From positions 2,502-66,501 of the forward strand of contig JAITOU010000042.1 of the NCBI GenBank assembly GCA_031289755.1: a DNA stretch of 64,000 nt. The letters are read 5' to 3'. Origin of the DNA: Clostridiales bacterium. GTDB taxonomy: Bacteria; Bacillota; Clostridia; Christensenellales; JAISNN01. Shown here one piece after another: positions 54,950 through 62,071 of the stretch. The notes under the pieces were generated by a model. The model searched no databases. It saw only the letters and a list, made by a program, of their open reading frames with translations, and was not told the origin of the DNA. Each line of letters opens with the position of its first letter. Position 1 is the first letter of the stretch. Both the position numbers and the translations under genes were made by a program.

Positions 54950-55016
54950 TTATGCACACAGTTATCCACAAAAAACACCTAAAAAAGGTCGGGACTGTGG
55001 ACAACTCCGTGTATAA
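54950..55016. promoter_or_regulatory. DnaA-box cluster
   Basis: TTATGCACA (54950-54958, 1 mismatch), TTATCCACA (54962-54970, perfect), TGTGGACAA (54996-55004, reverse complement TTGTCCACA, 1 mismatch) and cgTGTATAA (55008-55016, 2 mismatches). Confidence 0.5.
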
Positions 55017-55089
55017 ACCCAAATTTGCTTTGACAAAATAAATTTAAACGGCGGAGCGGCATACACAAAAGCCGCCGATAGAGCGGAAA

Positions 55090-55794
55090 ATGTTTGTGAT
55101 TTTTAAAAGAAAATATTTGATATTGTGTATTTGCGTTATTTTGTGCGCTTTCGCGGCGTTGTCGGTCACCTACGGCGTAAAGGCAGCGGCGGCAGACGGC
55201 GGCAGGGTAGTAGTGGTAGACGCGGGACACGGCGGCCGTGACGGCGGCGTCACGGGCAAGGTAACCGGCGTCAGAGAAAGCGACCTAAATCTCAAATACG
55301 CTTTTCTCTTAAAGGCGTCTCTCGAAAAACAAGGCTTCAAGGTCATCATGACGAGAACGACCGAAGCCGGTTTGTATGACGCCGCCGCCGCTCTCAGCGA
55401 AGAATCGCGCAAATCGCAGGACATGAAAAGGCGCAAGGAGATAATATTAAATTCTAAGCCCGCTTGCGTCATCAGTCTGCATATGAATTTTTTTTCGCAA
55501 AGCTCGCCGAGAGGCGCGCAGGTCTTTTATAACGCTTCCAATCCCGAATCAAAAAAATTGTCCGCCGCTATCCAAAACAAACTCAATATCGTCAACGGCG
55601 AATATGCCGGCAAAAAGATAAGCAACCTGCCGGGGGATTATTATATGATAAAATGCACCGATTACAGTTCGGTAATAATCGAATGCGGATTTTTGAGCAA
55701 CGCCGACGACGAACGGCTGCTGTTAAACGAAGCTTACCAAAGCAAGCTCATATACGAAATCACTAACGGAGTGTTGGTTTATTGCTTTCGGTAA
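55090..55794 (+). CDS. cwlD: N-acetylmuramoyl-L-alanine amidase, CwlD-like (germination-specific)
   Basis: N-terminal TM. VVVDAGHGGRDGG, SDLNL, IMTR, KSQDMKRR, ISLHMN, GAQVFY, ECGFLSN. Confidence 0.7.
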   Translation: MFVIFKRKYLILCICVILCAFAALSVTYGVKAAAADGGRVVVVDAGHGGRDGGVTGKVTGVRESDLNLKYAFLLKASLEKQGFKVIMTRTTEAGLYDAAAALSEESRKSQDMKRRKEIILNSKPACVISLHMNFFSQSSPRGAQVFYNASNPESKKLSAAIQNKLNIVNGEYAGKKISNLPGDYYMIKCTDYSSVIIECGFLSNADDERLLLNEAYQSKLIYEITNGVLVYCFR

Positions 55795-55909
55795 TAGGAC
55801 GGGCGGATATGGAATCCGCCCCTGCAAGACAATTTGTTTTTTAATCTCATTTGAAAAAATATAAAGACGTATTAAGAATAAAAATAATTAGCGTCGGCTA
55901 ACCAAATGT

Positions 55910-55938
55910 TTGACAAAATATTTTCTAAGGGATATAAT
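55910..55938 (+). promoter_or_regulatory. Consensus sigma-A promoter for the flavodoxin gene (~95-nt leader)
   Basis: TTGACA, 17-nt spacer, TATAAT. Confidence 0.65.
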
Positions 55939-56033
55939 TAAGATATTCGATAGGTCGTTCTCTCTGCGGATAGTAAAAAACAAAGGGGGAAAGGACGGAA
56001 AATTATTAATTACAAAAAGGAGATAAATTAATT

Positions 56034-56444
56034 ATGGGTACAGTGGTTGTATATTGGTCGGGAAGCGGAAATACGCAGGCGTTGGCGGAAGCCGTGAGCG
56101 GCGGTGTCAAAGCTGCCGGCGGAAGCTGCGATATATTTGCGGCGGACAAGATAAGCGCGGCTAAGGCGGCGGCGTACGACAAGCTTTTGTTGGGCTGTCC
56201 GGCGATGGGCGCGGAAGAATTGGAAGGGGATATCTTCGAGCCTTTTTACGGAGCGTTGGAAAAATTGATAAAGGGCAAAACTGTAGGCTTATTCGGCTCT
56301 TACGGCTGGGGCGGCGGCGAATGGATGGAGATTTGGCAGAAACGCGCCGAAGCTTTCGGAATAAACGTCGCGGCGGTTCTCCCCGTCAACGAATCGGAAA
56401 ACGGCACGGAAGACGCTATCGCTTTCGGAAAGAAATTCGCGTAA
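56034..56444 (+). CDS. Short-chain flavodoxin
   Basis: VVYWSGSGNTQALAE...FGSYGWGGGEW. Confidence 0.8.
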   Translation: MGTVVVYWSGSGNTQALAEAVSGGVKAAGGSCDIFAADKISAAKAAAYDKLLLGCPAMGAEELEGDIFEPFYGALEKLIKGKTVGLFGSYGWGGGEWMEIWQKRAEAFGINVAAVLPVNESENGTEDAIAFGKKFA

Positions 56445-56526
56445 AAAAAGATTTGAATAAAAAATCCGTTATCTCTTGAAACGGCGGCTTCTATATGATA
56501 TACTTATATAAAAGCGGCACTAAATA

Positions 56527-56552
56527 GGGCGTGTCAACACGCCTTATTTTTT
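56527..56552 (+). terminator. Rho-independent terminator after the flavodoxin gene
   Basis: ggcgtg-tcaa-cacgcc followed by ttatttttt. Confidence 0.7.
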
Positions 56553-56592
56553 AATTATGCAGGCGATAGGGAATGAGTGTGGCAAAAAAGAA

Positions 56593-57501
56593 ATGTTCTC
56601 AAAATTAGTTTTAAAAGCCAATGCCAAAATCAATTTGTTTTTGAAGGTCAAGGGGTTGGACGGCAGGGGCTTTCATGTTTTGGAAACCCTTACGGCATCC
56701 GTCGGCTTGTGTGATTTTGTCGAAATAGCGGCGGCGTCCGGCGTCAAGGTCGCTATGTCCGTACCGATAGACGGCAAGAATAACGCCGAAGCGGCGGCGC
56801 AAGACCTTGTGAGCAAGTACGGTTTAAAGGGCGCGGACATATATATCAAAAAGAATATACCGATAGCGTCGGGACTCGGCGGCTCGTCTGCCGATACGGC
56901 GGCGGTGATATACGGCTTAAAAAAAATATACGGCTTCGAGAACGGAGATTATTCCGTTTACGGCGACGACGTGCCTTTTATGTTAAAGGGCGGAATCGGC
57001 GGAATATACGAAGCCCGTTGCGGCGGCGAACCGTCAAAGCCGAAGGGCGGAATCGGCGGCGTAGCCGAAGCTTATGCGGAGAAATTGAGCGAAAGCCTTA
57101 GAGCGTACGGGATTTTGATAGTCAAACCGTCGGGCGGTATGCTGACGAAGGATATATTTGAGATATACGATAGGATAAAAGACGGTCTTCCGGATAATCC
57201 CGCGCGGCTTGACGCGCTTGCCGGGGCTTTGATAAAGGGCGACAAGAGAGCCGCAGCGGACAATATGTACAACGAATTGTATTATGCCGCATTAAAAGCC
57301 GACCCCGACATCGAAACGGTACGCCGCGACATACTGCGAGCCGGAGCGTTCGGCGCGGTTATGACGGGAAGCGGCAACGCCTTTGTCGGATTATTCGGCG
57401 GCAGGCAGGGCGCGGAAGCGGCGGAAGCCGAGCTTAAAGGTCGGTATCATGACGTCATCGTATGCGGCTATGCGGACAGGGGAATAGAAGAAGTCCTTTA
57501 A
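56593..57501 (+). CDS. ispE: 4-diphosphocytidyl-2-C-methyl-D-erythritol kinase with an internal in-frame duplication/insert
   Basis: KANAKINLFLKV.G....GFH.LET, IPIASGLGGSSADTAAV, MTGSGNAF. Confidence 0.8.
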   Translation: MFSKLVLKANAKINLFLKVKGLDGRGFHVLETLTASVGLCDFVEIAAASGVKVAMSVPIDGKNNAEAAAQDLVSKYGLKGADIYIKKNIPIASGLGGSSADTAAVIYGLKKIYGFENGDYSVYGDDVPFMLKGGIGGIYEARCGGEPSKPKGGIGGVAEAYAEKLSESLRAYGILIVKPSGGMLTKDIFEIYDRIKDGLPDNPARLDALAGALIKGDKRAAADNMYNELYYAALKADPDIETVRRDILRAGAFGAVMTGSGNAFVGLFGGRQGAEAAEAELKGRYHDVIVCGYADRGIEEVL

Positions 57502-57676
57502 AAATGCTCCGCACTCATTTTATTAAGTAAACACGGATAAATCGCGGAAATTTGTCAATATTAAGTCCGCAACCGATGAACCGTGAAAAATTGTTAATAT
57601 TAAGTTCATATCATAATTATAGCATAATAAATAATTATCTATTAAAATACATTTGAAAATAAGGAGATATACTATC

Positions 57677-58030
57677 GTGAAAAGGTTGATTTTGGCGGCT
57701 GTGTTGCTTGTGGCGGTGTCCGTAACCGTTTTGTCCGGTTGTCAGGTTTATTATTCGGGAAAATTTGAATATGAATACGACATCGATACAAAAGCCGGAT
57801 ATCAGATAATATTGAGTACAAATCTCACCTACACCTATGTCGGGAACGGCGTGACCCACAGCGGCAGATATTCTGCGACCGTCGGAAAGGTCGTTTTGAA
57901 TCTCGACGTGGACGGCGTGGAAACAATAGCCGTAAAAATGATTAGCAGATACAAAATATCTATAACCGACGAAAACGGCGAAACCATTCAGCTAACGCGT
58001 CAGCAACGCAATATCTTAGACCCGGTGTGA
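57677..58030 (+). CDS. Small lipoprotein (GTG start)
   Basis: AAGGAG lies 9 nt before the GTG. VKRLILAAVLLVAVSVTVLSGC lipobox. Shares C-x-VYY-x-GK-x-E with the next gene. Confidence 0.6.
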   Translation: MKRLILAAVLLVAVSVTVLSGCQVYYSGKFEYEYDIDTKAGYQIILSTNLTYTYVGNGVTHSGRYSATVGKVVLNLDVDGVETIAVKMISRYKISITDENGETIQLTRQQRNILDPV

Positions 58031-58111
58031 TGATTTTATCGGTTTTAGGAGAAATTTCGGCGCGGCAAGCGGATATTTTTTTGTTTTTGCGCGATATTCT
58101 CGCATAAGGGG

Positions 58112-58158
58112 GTTGACACTTACGCTTAAAAGTTGTGACATATAAGCGTAAGTGTCAA
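58112..58158. repeat. Perfect 16-bp inverted repeat with a 15-nt loop
   Basis: ttgacacttacgctta ... taagcgtaagtgtcaa. Confidence 0.85.
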
Positions 58159-58356
58159 GGCGTGAGCTATGCCAAATCAGAAACTATATGGAAGTGTTGA
58201 TATAACAACAATATCCGACGGAATGCAGTAAATAATTATGAAAAATATACTTTAAATGCACTTTTTTTTAAAAAGTATAGACATTTAATTTATTTTATGC
58301 TATAATAATAACAAATTAAGACAAAAAGTCTTAAAAAAATATATCGGAGGAATAAA

Positions 58357-58686
58357 ATGAATAAGAAAAAACTTGTAATCTTAATGTGCTTAGTCGTAGC
58401 AATGTCGGTATTTATGCTGTCGAGCTGTTCGGTCTATTATGCCGGAAAATACGAGAACACCACTTTTGGTGTCACTTCGACAATAGAATTGTCGCCGTTT
58501 GGTAAATATACCACTACGATCACGATACTCGGTACAACCACAAGCAAAGAATATACTTACAAAGTCAAAGACAAAACGATAACCGTTTACGACAAAGAAA
58601 GTAAAGAGGAAATCGGCACACTTACAATCGTAGACAGAAAAACTCTCACGGATTCGACGGGCGCAGTCAAATACACACGCGTTTAA
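58357..58686 (+). CDS. Small lipoprotein, paralog of 57677-58030
   Basis: RBS GGAGG. MNKKKLVILMCLVVAMSVFMLSSC lipobox, followed by SVYYAGKYE. Confidence 0.65.
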   Translation: MNKKKLVILMCLVVAMSVFMLSSCSVYYAGKYENTTFGVTSTIELSPFGKYTTTITILGTTTSKEYTYKVKDKTITVYDKESKEEIGTLTIVDRKTLTDSTGAVKYTRV

Positions 58687-58813
58687 TAAATGCGGACAAC
58701 AGTTTAATCTAAGGTCAATAATAATATCTAACCGACGGCAATATTTGTCCGTCGGTTTTTTTTGATAGCACGGAGCGGTAAAGGGGAGAATTTTAGTTTT
58801 TTAAAGTTTTTAC

Positions 58814-58842
58814 TTGACAAGGTAAGGAGCGAAGGGTATAAT
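58814..58842 (+). promoter_or_regulatory. Consensus sigma-A promoter
   Basis: TTGACA, 17-nt spacer, TATAAT. Confidence 0.7.
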
Positions 58843-58858
58843 ATAATCACAAGTTAGG

Positions 58859-58894
58859 GAATTACGAGTTAGTGAATTACGAGTTAGTAACTCA
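58859..58894 (+). promoter_or_regulatory. Leader operator-like repeats
   Basis: gaattacgagttagt occurs as a perfect tandem pair (58859-58873 and 58874-58888). Palindrome gagtta-g-taactc at 58882-58894. Confidence 0.6.
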
Positions 58895-58917
58895 CGATTC
58901 CAAATCAAGGAGATTAT

Positions 58918-60324
58918 ATGAAGAGATTTTTTGACAGCGGCAGAAAAAGAGAGTTGAAGTCGCTTGAAAAATTATATTCTCGCGACGAATTTACCTTTGC
59001 GGTTGTATACGGCAGGAGACGCGTCGGCAAGACGAGCCTTATCGGTGAGTTTATCGAGCGCGGAAACAAAAAGGCTATACGTTTTATTGCAACCGAAAAC
59101 ACCGATACGGTCAATCTCGCAAGCTTCGCGCAAGCGATATTTGCCGTATATCCCGAAAGCTCCGTATTCGGTTCATTTCCCGATTGGGAAGCGGCGTTCG
59201 GCTATATCGCCAAGCAGTCTAAGGGTGAGAAGGTCATAGTGGAAATCGACGAGTATCCGTATCTTGCCAAAGCGCATCCGGCTATTTCGTCAACGCTTCA
59301 AAAGATTATAGACAGAGTTTTGCAAGAGACGGGTATCATGCTGATTCTTTGCGGTTCGAGCATGAGCTTTATGGAAAATCAGGTACTCGGTTATCAAAGT
59401 CCGCTATACGGCAGACGTACCGCGCAATACCGGATTATGCCGCTCGACTACTATGACAGCGCGGAGTTTTTTGGGGCTTCCGATTTGCAGGATAAGCTCT
59501 TGGGCTATGCGGTAACGGGCGGTGTTCCGCAATATCTAAAGGTAATAGCACGCGCCGACAGCGTAGAAGTCGGTATCAATGAAGCCTTTTTTAGCAAAGA
59601 CGGGTATCTTTATGAAGAGCCGCAGAACCTGTTGAAGCAAGAGCTGCGCGAACCCGCGCTGTATAATGCAATCATTGCGGCGATTGCTACGGGAGCGACA
59701 AAGCTCAACGATATTGCGGCAAAGGTGAGAGAAGAGAACAGTAAGGTTGCAAAATATATAAAGAACCTTATGGAACTCGGAATAATCGAAAAAGAGATAT
59801 CGATATTTTCGGAGAGCGTACGGAACGGAATCTATTGTATAAAGGACAATATGTATCGGTTTTGGTATAGGTTTGTTCCGGGTACGATAACGCTCATAGA
59901 AAACGGAAACGAACATATCTACGAGAAAAAAGTCAAGCCGTTTATATCCGATTATATGGGACGTGTGTTTGAATCCGTTTGCAAGCAGTATTTGAGCCGT
60001 TTGAATGCGGAAGAAAAATTACCTTTCTTATTTGAAAAAATAGGAAGATGGTGGGGCGGTAGTCCGATAACAAAAAAAGAAACGGAAATAGACTTGATTG
60101 CCGCCGATAAAAATAGCCTGATTGTCTGCGAATGCAAATGGAAAAATGAAGAAATCGGACTTAAAACCTACAAGGACTTAAAAGAGAAAGCCGCAATGTT
60201 TGCGGATAAGAAAATATATTACTATCTCTTTTCAAAGTCGGGATTTAGCGACGGACTTGCGGAAGAAGCTAAAATAAACGCGGAATTGACGCTTGTAACG
60301 ATAGCCGATTTATTTAACGTATAA
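58918..60324 (+). CDS. AAA+ ATPase of the archaeal-ATPase/DUF234 type (COG1672-like) with a PD-(D/E)xK-like C-terminus
   Basis: Walker A GRRRVGKT, Walker B VIVEIDEYPY, C-terminal EIDLIAADKNSLIVCECKW. Confidence 0.75.
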   Translation: MKRFFDSGRKRELKSLEKLYSRDEFTFAVVYGRRRVGKTSLIGEFIERGNKKAIRFIATENTDTVNLASFAQAIFAVYPESSVFGSFPDWEAAFGYIAKQSKGEKVIVEIDEYPYLAKAHPAISSTLQKIIDRVLQETGIMLILCGSSMSFMENQVLGYQSPLYGRRTAQYRIMPLDYYDSAEFFGASDLQDKLLGYAVTGGVPQYLKVIARADSVEVGINEAFFSKDGYLYEEPQNLLKQELREPALYNAIIAAIATGATKLNDIAAKVREENSKVAKYIKNLMELGIIEKEISIFSESVRNGIYCIKDNMYRFWYRFVPGTITLIENGNEHIYEKKVKPFISDYMGRVFESVCKQYLSRLNAEEKLPFLFEKIGRWWGGSPITKKETEIDLIAADKNSLIVCECKWKNEEIGLKTYKDLKEKAAMFADKKIYYYLFSKSGFSDGLAEEAKINAELTLVTIADLFNV

Positions 60325-60345
60325 ATACATTAAAGAATATGAAAT

Positions 60346-60426
60346 TATTTGTTTTCAAAAAAGTTTTGCGGTTGTAGCCGCAAAACTTTTGTTTTTATAA
60401 AGTTTTGCGGTTATAGGCGCAAAACT
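60346..60426 (+). repeat. 81-bp direct repeat, left copy (two GTTTTGCGG palindromes; the first doubles as a terminator)
   Basis: agttttgcgg-ttgtag-ccgcaaaact followed by a T-run, then agttttgcgg-ttatag-gcgcaaaact. 78 of 81 positions match 61728-61808 by hand alignment. Confidence 0.9.
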
Positions 60427-60427
60427 A

Positions 60428-60456
60428 TTGACGAAAGCATTTTTGCGGTGTATAAT
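60428..60456 (+). promoter_or_regulatory. Promoter of the second ATPase gene
   Basis: TTGACG, 17-nt spacer containing CATTTTTGCGG, then TATAAT. Confidence 0.65.
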
Positions 60457-60473
60457 AAAGACAAGGAGAAATT

Positions 60474-61667
60474 ATGATTGACAGAAGCGAATATTTAAAC
60501 CGTTTAATTGAGTTTAAAGACGGCAATATTATCAAGGTCATTACGGGCATAAGGCGTTGCGGTAAATCGACTTTGTTAGCCATGTTTACGGATTATTTAA
60601 AAGTAAACGGGGTTGCCGACGAGCAAATTATTGCAATGAATTTTGAATCGGTCAAATTTGCTCACCTTCAAGATTATAAAGCCTTATATCGGTATATAGA
60701 AAGCAGGATTTTTAAAAACGGAAAAACATATATCTTGTTAGACGAGATACAATCCGTCGATAATTTTGAAAAAACCGTCAATAGCTTGACGGTGGATTTT
60801 GACGTAGACATATATCTTACGGGGTCAAACGCCTATATGCTTTCTTCCGACCTTTCAACGGTTTTATCGGGCAGGTATGTGGAAATCAAAATGTATCCGC
60901 TGTCTTTTAAAGAGTATATGACGGCGCAGGACTCGGGCAAACCTGCCGAAGATTATTTTTATGATTACATGAAATACGGCGGATTGCCGTTTATTTCCAA
61001 CGAAAAAGAAGAAGAAAAAATCAATGCTTATTTGGACGGTATTTACAACACGGTAATTTTTAAAGACGTTGTGCAGCACAACAACATAAAGGATGCCGCA
61101 TTTATCGAAAAGCTTATTCGCTTTGTCTTTTCGAGCATAGGGTCGCCCGTTTCGCCGTCATCTATCGCTAAGGCGGTCAAGAATGACAATCGCGGTATTT
61201 CACATGAGACGATTGAAAACTATCTTGATATGTTATGCAAGGCATATATTCTTTCAAAAGCCGTTCGTTACGATGTAAAAGGGAAGTCTTATTTAAAAAC
61301 ATTGAATAAATATTACGCTACCGATTTGGGATTGCGCAACCATGTATTGGGTTACCGTCAAATCGAGCCGACCCATGCCTTGGAAAACATTATTTATTTT
61401 GAACTGCTCAAAAGGGGTTATCGGGTGGATATAGGCAAGGTCGGCGAATTTGAAATCGATTTTGTCGCAACCAATAAAAATATTGTTAAATATTTTCAAG
61501 TCGCGTGGACGGTAAACGGCGGCAGCGAAATTTTAAGGCGCGAATGCAGACCGTTCGACAATATACAAGACCATTACGAAAAAACTATCATCACTATGGA
61601 TAAGGATTTTATCTCATCTGTAAACGGCATAAATAAAATAAATGCAGTAGACTTCTTGCAAAATTAA
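60474..61667 (+). CDS. AAA+ ATPase of the COG1373 type (AAA_14 plus DUF4143), visibly AT-rich
   Basis: Walker A GIRRCGKST, Walker B ILLDEIQ, C-terminal EIDFVATNKNIVKYFQV. Confidence 0.75.
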   Translation: MIDRSEYLNRLIEFKDGNIIKVITGIRRCGKSTLLAMFTDYLKVNGVADEQIIAMNFESVKFAHLQDYKALYRYIESRIFKNGKTYILLDEIQSVDNFEKTVNSLTVDFDVDIYLTGSNAYMLSSDLSTVLSGRYVEIKMYPLSFKEYMTAQDSGKPAEDYFYDYMKYGGLPFISNEKEEEKINAYLDGIYNTVIFKDVVQHNNIKDAAFIEKLIRFVFSSIGSPVSPSSIAKAVKNDNRGISHETIENYLDMLCKAYILSKAVRYDVKGKSYLKTLNKYYATDLGLRNHVLGYRQIEPTHALENIIYFELLKRGYRVDIGKVGEFEIDFVATNKNIVKYFQVAWTVNGGSEILRRECRPFDNIQDHYEKTIITMDKDFISSVNGINKINAVDFLQN

Positions 61668-61727
61668 ATTTAAGCTGTATTTAAAATATCATTAAAAAAA
61701 CAAAAAGAGAGTCGGTACAATATATTT

Positions 61728-61808
61728 TATTTGTTTTCAAAAAAGTTTTGCGGTTGTAGCCGCAAAACTTTGTTTTTTATAAAGTTTTGCGGTTATATGC
61801 GCAAAACT
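61728..61808 (+). repeat. 81-bp direct repeat, right copy
   Basis: See 60346-60426. Confidence 0.9.
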
Positions 61809-62071
61809 TTTTATTTTATATAGTTTTGAGCTTACATGAAAAAAGTATGGCAAGAAATGCCTAAAAAAATTAAGACCTTTCGTATAAGGTGGGAAAAACG
61901 AAAGGTCTTAAAAAGTAATGGGGGGAGAAAGCTTGTTAACGGGAATATCGGGCGGTTAGCGTCATAGGCTCTCATCATTTTTGCGTTAACGGAAAGATGT
62001 TTGATGATGATATGATGACGCTTACGCTTATGACGAGATGTTTTGCCGCGCAAAACATCATACTATATGCG

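Noticed and set aside
54709-55041. 110-aa Lys-rich + strand ORF, and the 54456-54770 - strand ORF, in the cwlD upstream spacer.
   Set aside because: A-run-rich intergenic DNA translates to poly-Lys. There is no SD, and the ORF overlaps the DnaA-box cluster.
54674-55089. Chromosomal replication origin (oriC).
   Set aside because: There are only 3-4 boxes and no dnaA, dnaN or rpmH nearby. recF is 21 kb away in a non-origin context, and gene orientation does not switch here in an origin-like way. A secondary DnaA-box cluster is more parsimonious.
55939-56033. Riboswitch in the ~95-nt flavodoxin leader, and likewise in the leader at 27214-27271.
   Set aside because: I could not match either to any riboswitch consensus I know (FMN, SAM, TPP, purine, preQ1, c-di-GMP, ZTP, fluoride, glycine). 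I leave this as unknown rather than call it.
60346-61808. Integron gene cassette with attC sites.
   Set aside because: There is no intI integrase or attI. The palindromes lack the R''-L''/L'-R' attC organisation as far as I can judge. The cassette carries its own promoter, unlike typical integron cassettes.
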